Below are positions 47,074 through 56,677 of a stretch of 64,000 nt of DNA, piece by piece. Position 1 is the stretch's first letter. Every line of letters starts with the position of its first letter. A program made the translations under genes and the position numbers. Source of the stretch: Verrucomicrobiota bacterium (lineage in GTDB: Bacteria; Verrucomicrobiota; Verrucomicrobiia; Limisphaerales; SXQI01); the NCBI GenBank assembly GCA_033762115.1, contig JANRLX010000093.1:52320-116319 (forward strand), written 5' to 3'. Under the pieces are notes generated by a model that worked only from the letters and a program-made list of their open reading frames with translations, had not been told where the DNA came from and ran no database searches.

Positions 47074-50000
47074 ATGAGACGCATCTTTTTTCTCCTTATC
47101 GCTTTGGCGCTGGTTTCAGCACAGGGCTGGGCCCAGAATCAGCCACTCCGCATCTTTATTCGCGCGGGTGAAAAAACTCATGGTCCCAATCAGCATGACC
47201 ACCCACGCTTTTTAAAGGAGTGGACCGAATTGCTGAACCAGCGTGGCGCCAAAACCACCGGCAAACTCGGTTTTCCTTCCGCCCAGGAACTGGAGAACAC
47301 CGATGTGCTTGTCATGTATGCTGCGGAAGGTGGAACAATCACTGGCGAAGATCGCAGCAACCTTGAAAAGTTTCTCAAACGGGGCGGTGGGATCGTTACC
47401 ATTCATGATGCTGCCTGTGGCAGCGACCCGCATTGGTTCAAAACGGTCATCGGTGGCGCATGGGAGCATAAACACTCCAAATGGCTGGAAGGAGAGGTCG
47501 GTATTTACTTTATTAATACCGAACATCCGATCACCCGCGGATTTTCCAATTTCGATTTGAAGGATGAAATTTATTTCGACCTTCACATGATGCCGGAGGC
47601 CAAAGTTCTTGCCTCCTCATTTCATTCCGTCTTCGTCATCGCCCCTCAAGTCTGGACATATGAGAAGGAAAACTATCGTTCCTTTGTGACATTGCAGGGT
47701 CATGAATGGTCCACCTTCGAACTGCCCCATTTTCGCGCCCTCCTTCTTCGGGGTATTGCCTGGGCTGGGAAACGGGAGAATGTGGATTACCTTTGCAGCC
47801 AGGAGGAACTTAACAGCTTGAAATATCCAGTCGGGGGGCCTACCGCTCCTGAAAAGGCGGCTGAAAAAATGAACGTTCATCCTGAGTTCAATGTCAGCCT
47901 CGTGACTTCAGAACCGCAGGTGGAAAAGCCAATGTCCCTGGATTGGGATGCTCAAGGTCGCCTCTGGGTCGCTGAAACTCCCGAGTATCCAGGTGGCAGG
48001 CGGATCAATCCCAATGATCGTCCTGTTGCAAAGTGGAACCTGAAAAATCCCGGCCTCGCAAATCAGGAAAAAGAGAATCGCCCTGGAAAGGACCGTATTT
48101 CCTATCTGGAAGACACCAATGGCGATGGGAGAATGGATAAGAAAACTGTGTTTTACGATGGCCTCGAACTCGTCACCAGCATGGTCTTTTACAAAGACGG
48201 CGTTATTGTCGCCCAGGCGCCTGATATTTTGTGGATACGAGACACCGACAAGGATGGTAAAGCTGACAAGGTCGAGACGCTCTACACCGGTTTTGGGACC
48301 ATGGACACCCATGCGGTCATCAATAACTTCCGTCGTGGCATGGATGGCTGGGTTTATGGTGCAGTTGGCTACAGCGCAGGTGAACCTCGCTCGAGCGATG
48401 GGTCAAAGAATTTCGGGCGAATCAGTGCTGGGATTATTCGTTTCAAACCGGATGGAACTGCCGTGGAACAATATGCCTCGGGAAATTGCAATACGTGGGG
48501 ATTCGATTTCAACTGGGACGGCGAGGCATTCTTCACCACTGCGACCTGCGGTGAACATTTCCTTCATATTGTCATGCCGGAAAAGGCGCTTGCCCGTGGC
48601 AGTTTACCGGGGACTCGCGCGGCCCAATATATAGCTGACCACAACAAGGTGGTTCCTTCGGTCAAGCATACACGACCAGCTTATGTGCAAATTGATTGGG
48701 TGGGTGCCTTCACCGCAGCCGCTGGCTGCTGCATGTATACCGGTGGTGCATGGCCCGAGAAGTACAACAGCATGCATTTCTGTTCTGAACCCACCGTCAG
48801 CCTGGTTCATAATGATGTGATCAAGCCTTCCGGCGTCACCTACATCGCGAGCAAGGAAACCGGTCGCGAAGAAGCGGAATTCGTTGCCGCCTCTGATTTG
48901 TGGTTCCGGCCGATTCACACTCGAGTGGGACCTGAAGGCGCTCTTTACGTTATTGATTTCTATAACCAGGCCGCGATTCACAATGATACCCGTGGTCCGG
49001 CACATGGCGCTGCCAATGCAGCTGTTCGCCCCGACCGCGATCATCATTTTGGCCGGATTTGGAGATACCAGCACAAGGAGGCCAAAGCATTGCCTAAAGC
49101 TAACCTTACCAGCAACAAGCCTGCTGATTGGGTACAGGCGTTGACCCACGCCAATGGCCAGGTGCGAATGACTGCTCATCAGCTTCTGATCGATCATGGA
49201 GTAGGAAATGCCATTGGTGATCTTGAAAAATTGGTCATGAGCGGTTCGGTTCATGCCAAGATTCATGCCTTGTGGGTCTTAAGCGTCACCGGCAAATTGA
49301 AGACCGATCACTTGCTCGCAGCCACCAGGGACAAAGATGCGGCCGTTCGCAAGGCTGCTTTAAAAGTCCTTGCTGAGAATGATCAGGCAAATGGGGATCA
49401 GGGCAAAAAAGCGCTGATGGCTTCACTAAAGGATGAGAACGCCCGGGTTCGCCTCAATGCATTGATTGCACTCGCTACCGTTGATCCGAGCGATGACGTA
49501 GCAGCGGCGATTGTAACCGCTTATCCTGGCCTTCAGAACAAGCACATGGAATCCGCGGCCATTGGTGTTGCTTCCCGCGATCCGTTGCGTTTCCTCAAGG
49601 CATCCTTTAATGCAAAGGAAGTCGCAGATCTTTCCCCATTTGTTGCGGCTGTTACCCGCCATATTGCAGTCAAACAAAATGCCGACCAGGCAGCTGCGCT
49701 GGTTCAATTCCTTGCGGCCCAGGAAACTGAAAAAGATGCTCTAAAAATTGTTGCCCTGGAAGCGCTCGCGGCAACCCTGAAACCTGATCTGGCTCCTGAC
49801 TGGAACAGCGACCTGCAAAATGCACTGAAAACACTTCTTGCTTCAAAGAGCTGGGGGCTGGCAGACGCGACATTGCCCTTGATCGCGCGCTGGGACCGTG
49901 AGAATAACCTCACCTCCTCCGTGCGCCCTGTCATCGCCCAACTTTCCGCCAAGCTGGCTGACAACGGTCTGGCTGACGCCCAACGGGCACAGGTTGCTAT

Positions 50001-52095
50001 CAACCTTCTCGGGGTTCGGAAGATGGATTCCGAGATCGTTCCAACAGTCGCTCAAATACTTGGGGGCAACAGTTCGTTGGCTTTGCAAAAGCAGATCATT
50101 GAGGCCATGGGCAATGTGCAGGACCCTGCCATTGGTAATGAATTGGTCAGCGCCTATTCAAAGATCGCCCCGGAACTTCGTGAGGCAGCATTTGCCCAGA
50201 TCATCAAGCGAAGTGACTGGGCCAACGCTCTCCTGGATTCCATCCAGCAACGGAAGATCGAGCTCGTCACTCTTGGGCCTGCTTCATTGCATCGTTTGAA
50301 AACTCATGCTGACAAGGGGCTTGGCGCACGCGCCACGGAGGTTATTGAGGAAATTCGCGGTCCGGAAATGAAGGAAAAAAATGCGCTGATTGCAAAACTG
50401 GCGCCTGAGGTCGAGAAACGTGGCGATTTGGATAAGGGCCACCAGATGTTCACTCAGAATTGTGCGAATTGCCATAAGTACAAAGGAGAAGGACGTGATG
50501 TCGCCCCGGACCTCACCGGCATGGGCGCACATGGCGCTTTGGATTTATTGGTTCATATCGTCGATCCAAACCGGGTTGTGGAACCAAACTTTGTCACTGT
50601 CACCATCGAAACAAAGGATGACCTCACTTACGATGGAATTGTTGCCCGTGAAAACCAAAACATTGTGGTGCTTCGAAATGCCACGGGCGATTTTGAAATC
50701 CGCCAGGACAACATTAAAACCCGTCGTTCCACCGGCATTTCGCTGATGCCGAATGGTTTTGAAGCCCTTGGTGAAGAAGGTTTGCGGGATCTCCTCACTT
50801 ATCTCATTGCTGATGAGAATAAATATCGCATCCTTGATCTCACGTCCGCGTTTACCGCGGATTCAACCAAAGGTCTGTTCAATTCTCGCGAAGCTGCCAA
50901 TGAAACGTTGCGGTTTGCCCGATTTGGAATGGTCAAGGCCGGTGAAATTCCCTTCGAAATTGTCCCGCCAACAAAAACCAGTTCCGGCAACAACATCATC
51001 GTCCTCAAAGGTGGGAACGGTTATGCCAAAACCATGCCGCAAAAAGTCGAGATCAACACCAACGTGAAAGCAGACAAGCTGCACTTCCTGGGCGGTGTTG
51101 GCGGATGGGCCTATCCATGCTGTGGCGATAACAATCATGAGAATCTTCCAGTTGCCAAGGTCACCGTTCATTATGCCTCGGGTCAAACAGAAGAACTTAT
51201 TCTCAAAAACGGGGTCGAGTTCGCAGATTACATTAACAAAATCGAAGTACCTGGTTCTACGGAACTGCCCGGTGTCGTACGTTACGGCCAAATCCGTTGG
51301 TTTACCAAGCCCTTGAAAACGGGCGGACAGATCAAGCAGATCACCATTGAGAGTTATGATAACTTTGTCGCTCCGACTTTTGTGTCAATCACGGCCGAAA
51401 CCAGTGAAGGCGCACATGGACAAGCCGCAACATCCGCTTCAGGGTCTGCTTCGAGCAAGTCTTTAACAAAAGTCCTGATCGTTGGTGGAGGAAGCAGCCA
51501 TGATTTTAAACGTTGGTTTAATGAAGAGGATGTCAAAACCTTGAAGGAGGGCGGTCTCGATCCCACTTATACCGACAATACTGACATCGCTGAAAGGGTG
51601 AAGGAATTCAATGTCCTTTATCTTAATAACAATCAACCTTTCAAAGAAAAGTCCTCAAAAGAGGCTATATTCAATCATGTGGCTGAAGGAAAAGGGCTGC
51701 TGCTTGTCCACGCTGCTCTTTGGTACAGTTGGGGTGACTGGCCCGAGTATAATACCAAGCTCGTAGGCGGTGGAGCGCGCAGCCATGATAAATTCCAGGA
51801 GTTCGAAGTCTCCGTGATCAAAGATCATCCGATCACCGCAGGTCTGCCGAAGACGTTCAAAATCACTGATGAACTCTACCATTTCAAATCAGATGCCCAT
51901 GGATCTGAAAAGGAAGTAGTGATGGTGGGCAAGGAAATTGCCACTGGCAAAACTTACCCTGTTGCCTGGATCACGCAGCATGACAAAGCCAAAATCGTGT
52001 GCACCACTCTCGGTCATGATGGCCAGGCCCATCAGCACGAAGCATTCAAAAAACTGCTCGTGAACAGTGCAAAATGGGTTGGCGGTCAGGACTGA
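47074..52095 (+). CDS. PVC-type heme-binding CxxCH protein: ThuA - beta-propeller dehydrogenase-like - HEAT repeats - cytochrome c - beta domain - ThuA
   Basis: Signal peptide; KTHGPNQHDH and GGGSSHDF ThuA-like domains; WDAQGRLWVAE, EDTNGDGRMD, GPEGALYVIDFYN; CANCH (50461-50475), PDLTG, SLMPNG. Confidence 0.88.
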   Translation: MRRIFFLLIALALVSAQGWAQNQPLRIFIRAGEKTHGPNQHDHPRFLKEWTELLNQRGAKTTGKLGFPSAQELENTDVLVMYAAEGGTITGEDRSNLEKFLKRGGGIVTIHDAACGSDPHWFKTVIGGAWEHKHSKWLEGEVGIYFINTEHPITRGFSNFDLKDEIYFDLHMMPEAKVLASSFHSVFVIAPQVWTYEKENYRSFVTLQGHEWSTFELPHFRALLLRGIAWAGKRENVDYLCSQEELNSLKYPVGGPTAPEKAAEKMNVHPEFNVSLVTSEPQVEKPMSLDWDAQGRLWVAETPEYPGGRRINPNDRPVAKWNLKNPGLANQEKENRPGKDRISYLEDTNGDGRMDKKTVFYDGLELVTSMVFYKDGVIVAQAPDILWIRDTDKDGKADKVETLYTGFGTMDTHAVINNFRRGMDGWVYGAVGYSAGEPRSSDGSKNFGRISAGIIRFKPDGTAVEQYASGNCNTWGFDFNWDGEAFFTTATCGEHFLHIVMPEKALARGSLPGTRAAQYIADHNKVVPSVKHTRPAYVQIDWVGAFTAAAGCCMYTGGAWPEKYNSMHFCSEPTVSLVHNDVIKPSGVTYIASKETGREEAEFVAASDLWFRPIHTRVGPEGALYVIDFYNQAAIHNDTRGPAHGAANAAVRPDRDHHFGRIWRYQHKEAKALPKANLTSNKPADWVQALTHANGQVRMTAHQLLIDHGVGNAIGDLEKLVMSGSVHAKIHALWVLSVTGKLKTDHLLAATRDKDAAVRKAALKVLAENDQANGDQGKKALMASLKDENARVRLNALIALATVDPSDDVAAAIVTAYPGLQNKHMESAAIGVASRDPLRFLKASFNAKEVADLSPFVAAVTRHIAVKQNADQAAALVQFLAAQETEKDALKIVALEALAATLKPDLAPDWNSDLQNALKTLLASKSWGLADATLPLIARWDRENNLTSSVRPVIAQLSAKLADNGLADAQRAQVAINLLGVRKMDSEIVPTVAQILGGNSSLALQKQIIEAMGNVQDPAIGNELVSAYSKIAPELREAAFAQIIKRSDWANALLDSIQQRKIELVTLGPASLHRLKTHADKGLGARATEVIEEIRGPEMKEKNALIAKLAPEVEKRGDLDKGHQMFTQNCANCHKYKGEGRDVAPDLTGMGAHGALDLLVHIVDPNRVVEPNFVTVTIETKDDLTYDGIVARENQNIVVLRNATGDFEIRQDNIKTRRSTGISLMPNGFEALGEEGLRDLLTYLIADENKYRILDLTSAFTADSTKGLFNSREAANETLRFARFGMVKAGEIPFEIVPPTKTSSGNNIIVLKGGNGYAKTMPQKVEINTNVKADKLHFLGGVGGWAYPCCGDNNHENLPVAKVTVHYASGQTEELILKNGVEFADYINKIEVPGSTELPGVVRYGQIRWFTKPLKTGGQIKQITIESYDNFVAPTFVSITAETSEGAHGQAATSASGSASSKSLTKVLIVGGGSSHDFKRWFNEEDVKTLKEGGLDPTYTDNTDIAERVKEFNVLYLNNNQPFKEKSSKEAIFNHVAEGKGLLLVHAALWYSWGDWPEYNTKLVGGGARSHDKFQEFEVSVIKDHPITAGLPKTFKITDELYHFKSDAHGSEKEVVMVGKEIATGKTYPVAWITQHDKAKIVCTTLGHDGQAHQHEAFKKLLVNSAKWVGGQD

Positions 52096-52116
52096 CAGTT
52101 ATTCCAACTTTTATGC

Positions 52117-52148
52117 ACGGACAAGCTGCGGCTTGTCCGTTTTCTTTT
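52117..52148 (+). terminator. Intrinsic terminator
   Basis: ACGGACAAGC-TGCG-GCTTGTCCGT followed by TTTCTTTT. Confidence 0.88.
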
Positions 52149-52701
52149 AATCGTGTTGGAAACGCGCCACCAGAATACCTGCCACTGCCCCGCTAAAATG
52201 TCCTTCCCAGGACATGAATCCCGTCTGCGGCAAGGCCCCGTAAAAAATCCCCCCGTAAACAATAAAAATAAAAATTCCCACCAGCGCGGGCAGCCATCCG
52301 CGCATGTAAATCCCTGCCACGATCAAATAAGCAACAAGTCCATAAATGATTCCACTGGCCCCGATATGAATGGCTGGTCGTCCAATCAGCCATGTGCCAA
52401 AGCCGCTTAAAATCCAAATCAGTCCGAGGGTTTGATTAAAGCGGTATTTCGCATTGCTGGAAAGGAACAGCAGCATTACCAGGAGAGAACTCGCATTTGC
52501 CACCAAATGGGCAGCATTGAAATGCAGCAGCGGCGAAAAAAGAACTCCCCGTAATCCAAGATAGGTGCGTGGCACAATTCCCCATGTGGCCAGCGCACGT
52601 CCGAGCAGGAGATCCAGGTAAAAAATAAAAAATAGCGAGCAAACCAGTATGATGGTCACTGCCAACGGATCGAAACTGCCCTTGCGCCGTTGCATAATCA
52701 T
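52147..52701 (-). CDS. Rhomboid-family intramembrane serine protease
   Basis: SPLLH...HLVAN, HIGASG (catalytic Ser), SWEGHFSG (catalytic His). Confidence 0.9.
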   Translation of the reverse strand: MIMQRRKGSFDPLAVTIILVCSLFFIFYLDLLLGRALATWGIVPRTYLGLRGVLFSPLLHFNAAHLVANASSLLVMLLFLSSNAKYRFNQTLGLIWILSGFGTWLIGRPAIHIGASGIIYGLVAYLIVAGIYMRGWLPALVGIFIFIVYGGIFYGALPQTGFMSWEGHFSGAVAGILVARFQHD

Positions 52702-55382
52702 CGTTCCGATGACCTCAGGAAAGCGGAGAGGAATCTTCCCGTGTGCGAGATTTTTGATTTTGCCACCTGTTCCGGAGTTCCCTCTGCCACGATTTTCCCA
52801 CCATTTTCTCCCGCTTCAGGTCCCATATCGATTACCCAATCGGCTTCCGCAATCAGGTCGAGATTATGCTCAATAACGATCACTGAATGTCCCGCATCGA
52901 CTAACCGTTGAATGACTTCCACCAATTTCTGCACGTCAGCCATATGCAGCCCAATTGTGGGTTCCTCCAGGATAAATAAATTCGATTTGCCGCGACGGTC
53001 AAAGAGGTCTCCTGTGTCCTTCAACCCGGTCAACAGATGCGATACCAGTTTGATTCGTTGCGCTTCGCCGCCGCTTAATGTCGGGCTGATTTGTCCGAGA
53101 CGAAGATAATCCAGGCCGGTGTCTCTTAACGCCTCAAGTGGTCGGCGAATTTTTGGCACGGGTTGGAAAAATTCCAATGCCTCCGCCACGCTCATTTCCA
53201 TCACCTGGGCGATTGTTTTTTCCCGATAGGTAATATCCAGTGTTTCCCGGTTATATCGGCACCCCTGGCAGGTTTCGCAAAGGATGTAGGCAGGTGGAAG
53301 AAAATTCATTTCCAGCTTGATCGTGCCTGCGCCTTCGCAATTCGGGCAACGCCCCTGGGCGCTGTTAAAAGAAAAGCGGCTGCCGGTATAACCACGCAAC
53401 CGAGCTTCGGGTGTCTGCGCGTACAAGGCGCGAATCTCGTCAAAAAACCCCACGTAGGTTGCCGGTGTCGAACGTGGGGTTCTTCCAATAGGGCTTTGGT
53501 CCACTTCATACACCGCCTTGAAATTTTCATGCCCCGTCAGATTTGCCGGTGGCTTCGCTGATTTCCCCTTTTCCAGCGCCGTTTTCATTGCTGGCAGGAG
53601 GCATTCCCGGATTAAGGTACTTTTCCCCGATCCGCTCACCCCTGTCACCACCACAAATCGATTCAAAGGAAATGAAACGGTCACCTCCTTCAAATTGTGC
53701 AGGTTCGCCCCATGCAGTATCAGGCACGTTTTCTCTGATTTTTTTTCAATTGGCCGTCGCTTTCCCCGGGCTGGATGCGTTGGTTTCTCTCTCAAATACT
53801 TTCCGGTCAGGGACTCCGGATGCTGTTGCAGTTCCGCTAATGTTCCTGATGCCACGACAGTGCCGCCATGAACACCTGCTCCCGGTCCAAGGTCGATGAT
53901 GAAGTCCGCCCGGCGCATGGTTTCCTCATCATGCTCGACCACCAGCAACGAGTTCCCGCGTTCCTTCAACAGATCAAGGGCGCGCAGGAGATGCTCATTA
54001 TCTCGCGAATGCAGTCCAATGGTGGGCTCATCCAGAACATAGAGCACCCCGCTTAAGGTTGATCCCAGTTGGGATGCCAATCGAATTCGTTGCGACTCGC
54101 CTCCTGAGAGGGTTGTTACACTTCGTCCCAATTGCAGGTATTCCAACCCCACCTCACAAAGAAATTTTAAGCGCTCACGAATTTCCGGCAGAATATCACG
54201 CGCAATCTCCGCTTCGCGCCCGTTTAATTCCATCCGCTCGAAAATCATGGCTGCCTCACTGACGGAGCATTGTGCTAAAGTATCGACTGTTGGTTCTGTT
54301 TGCAGCCTTGCCTTCATTCCGGAGGGCAGCCCCGTTTTTCGAAATTTGAAGGGCAATCGCACCGCTCGCGCGACCGGGTTGAGCCTCGTTCCCTCGCAAT
54401 CCGGACACACCTCACGTTTTCCCTCCTGCCAGCTGAACCATGATTCCTCGACAGCATCTGCCCGCGCACCCCTATCAGCCTCCGGCAAAAAAAATGTTTC
54501 GCCAAACCCACGGCAGGACCGGCACCAACCTTGCGCAGAGTTATAGCTGAAAAATTTGGGATCAAGCGAAGGGAAGGAATCGCCGCAGGTGGGGCATGCT
54601 CTGGAGGTTGAATGAACGGTTGCGTCACGATGATTATCCAGCGCCAGCAAAACACCATTTCCAAGGTCCAGCGCTTCGTCAATTAGCACAGCTGCCTTGG
54701 CATCCCTGGCCCGACGCTCCAAAACACCCACCACAATTTCGATATCATGCTCCCGGAAGCGGTCCAGGCGCAGCTTTTCACTTGTGGAATATAATTTTCC
54801 ATCGGCCCGTATTTCCTTGTAACCACGTTTGGCTGCCCATTCCCCCACATCAGTGTGAAAACCTTTTCGGTTTCGCACAATTGGGGCAAGCAGGAGCAGG
54901 TCTCCCCGTTTTTTCAGTTTAACAAACAGCTTTTGTCTTAACAAGTCCCGGGTCTGCGCCTGCACTGGTTGCTGGCATTTAGGACAATATTGCAATCCCA
55001 GCCGAGCAAACAGTAGCCGGATGAAATGATAAATTTCCGTGACAGTGGCCACGGTGCTTTTGCCTCCGCCGCGACTGTTCCGTTGCTCGATACTGACGGT
55101 CGGGGGCAACCCGGTGATCAGGTCAACTTCCGGTCGCGCCATCTGTTCCACGAATTGCCGGGCGTAAGCGTTCATTGCGTCAAGGAAACGCCGTTGTCCC
55201 TCCGCAAATATCAGGTCAAAAGCCAGCGTGCTTTTTCCTGAGCCGCTCACACCTGTGATTACCACGAATTGATCTCGTGGAATGGAGAGGTTGAGGTTTT
55301 TCAGGTTATGCTCTCGCGCCCCAAAAATGCAGATTGCATCCTCTTCAGGTTGCGGCGTGATGGCTTTATTTACCGGCGACAT
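52698..55382 (-). CDS. uvrA: UvrA-family excinuclease ATPase (atypical paralog)
   Basis: GAREHNLKN, GVSGSGKS twice, AEGQRR, LSGGESQR/LSGGEAQR, VDQSPIGRTPRS, zinc-finger CxxC pairs. Confidence 0.9.
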   Translation of the reverse strand: MSPVNKAITPQPEEDAICIFGAREHNLKNLNLSIPRDQFVVITGVSGSGKSTLAFDLIFAEGQRRFLDAMNAYARQFVEQMARPEVDLITGLPPTVSIEQRNSRGGGKSTVATVTEIYHFIRLLFARLGLQYCPKCQQPVQAQTRDLLRQKLFVKLKKRGDLLLLAPIVRNRKGFHTDVGEWAAKRGYKEIRADGKLYSTSEKLRLDRFREHDIEIVVGVLERRARDAKAAVLIDEALDLGNGVLLALDNHRDATVHSTSRACPTCGDSFPSLDPKFFSYNSAQGWCRSCRGFGETFFLPEADRGARADAVEESWFSWQEGKREVCPDCEGTRLNPVARAVRLPFKFRKTGLPSGMKARLQTEPTVDTLAQCSVSEAAMIFERMELNGREAEIARDILPEIRERLKFLCEVGLEYLQLGRSVTTLSGGESQRIRLASQLGSTLSGVLYVLDEPTIGLHSRDNEHLLRALDLLKERGNSLLVVEHDEETMRRADFIIDLGPGAGVHGGTVVASGTLAELQQHPESLTGKYLREKPTHPARGKRRPIEKKSEKTCLILHGANLHNLKEVTVSFPLNRFVVVTGVSGSGKSTLIRECLLPAMKTALEKGKSAKPPANLTGHENFKAVYEVDQSPIGRTPRSTPATYVGFFDEIRALYAQTPEARLRGYTGSRFSFNSAQGRCPNCEGAGTIKLEMNFLPPAYILCETCQGCRYNRETLDITYREKTIAQVMEMSVAEALEFFQPVPKIRRPLEALRDTGLDYLRLGQISPTLSGGEAQRIKLVSHLLTGLKDTGDLFDRRGKSNLFILEEPTIGLHMADVQKLVEVIQRLVDAGHSVIVIEHNLDLIAEADWVIDMGPEAGENGGKIVAEGTPEQVAKSKISHTGRFLSAFLRSSER

Positions 55383-55426
55383 TCTGAAGATTTTCCACCC
55401 CCATGCCCAACTCTGCAAGTGAACCG

Positions 55427-56677
55427 TTAAAATTTGAGCGTCACCTGGGCTGCCAACAGCTGTTCTCCCTGCTGGAATGCGCCTTCCTGTCGCGAGTAGC
55501 TGTACTGCAATTTTGTTTGAAGATGCCGGTCAAAACGGTAACCCAGCGCCAACTCTGCACGCCAGATGTCACGATCCCATTTTACCCAGTTACCATTTCC
55601 ATCATTTACCGTGTCAAAAAATTGCTGGCCCCAACGCGCCGCCGTGAACAGTTGCGGAGTCCATTTGTACTTCGCCTCCAGATAATAACTGATCGTGTCG
55701 GCATCCCCTACAGTGGGAACTTCAAAACTGGCGGCAATCGCTTCGGCCCAAACCTGGAAATGCCTCCACGCATAGGAGAGATCAACGCCAACGGTTGTTT
55801 GATTGTAATCATCCAGATCATCTCCTGGCGGCAAACCGCCACGCGCAGAAGGAAGCAAATACGCGCCGTGACTTGCTGATGCTCCCACCCGCCATTCAGG
55901 GCTTGGAAGGTATCCAACCCGGCCACTCCATGTTGGATTTTCCCAATCGAGATCAGTTGCATCCCAGACTGTTGGTCGTGATGAAATGGAGGCATTTTTG
56001 AATTCAAGCGCGTATTCAAACCGGTTCACCACCCCTGAAATTAAAACCCCTGAGCTGTAGGAAGGCCCCCACAGGACCGGCAACCACGCTCCTTTTTCAT
56101 CCGGTTTGTTGCCCCGGGCAAGAAATGCTGCCGGACTCGTGGGAGCAGTCACATCGCTGACAATGGTCACATTTTCATAAGCGAGCGGCGCGTTGATCAA
56201 TGGATTTTCCCAGCTATCATGCCGTGCCACCCAATTACCGAACACCGTCGCAAATTTACCCACCTGCAATTGAAAGACCGGCTGCTCAAGCGGTGTGTAC
56301 CGCAAAAAATATTCATCCAGCCGTGCATCGCCGTTCTCATCCGCTCCAGGATCGAACCCCCGATCGGCTCGAAACTGGACCAAACCATACAGATGCTTTC
56401 CAAGTTCGGCCTCCAGAAACAAAGTTGCCCTCGGGCTGAAAAGCAGATCGTCATCACTGAACAAAAGTCCCGGTGGGTTCCCATCGATATAATAAGCTTC
56501 TGCATCCAAAAGCCCATTAATCTCAGCCCGAAACAAGCCGTTACCACTCGAATAACGCAATCGTTCATCAAGTGTTTCCAGAAATTGTGTTTGCGATAGC
56601 GTCGAAGCTGTCGGAATCAGGCAGAGAAGTGCCACAATCGCCCTCTGTTGCTTCGTTCCTGCGTTTCTCATTTTCAC
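55427..56677 (-). CDS. Putative outer-membrane beta-barrel (porin-like) protein
   Basis: Signal peptide, amphipathic aromatic strands, LQVGKF-x-x-x-FG, C-terminal AAQVTLKF (beta-signal Phe). Confidence 0.7.
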   Translation of the reverse strand: MKMRNAGTKQQRAIVALLCLIPTASTLSQTQFLETLDERLRYSSGNGLFRAEINGLLDAEAYYIDGNPPGLLFSDDDLLFSPRATLFLEAELGKHLYGLVQFRADRGFDPGADENGDARLDEYFLRYTPLEQPVFQLQVGKFATVFGNWVARHDSWENPLINAPLAYENVTIVSDVTAPTSPAAFLARGNKPDEKGAWLPVLWGPSYSSGVLISGVVNRFEYALEFKNASISSRPTVWDATDLDWENPTWSGRVGYLPSPEWRVGASASHGAYLLPSARGGLPPGDDLDDYNQTTVGVDLSYAWRHFQVWAEAIAASFEVPTVGDADTISYYLEAKYKWTPQLFTAARWGQQFFDTVNDGNGNWVKWDRDIWRAELALGYRFDRHLQTKLQYSYSRQEGAFQQGEQLLAAQVTLKF

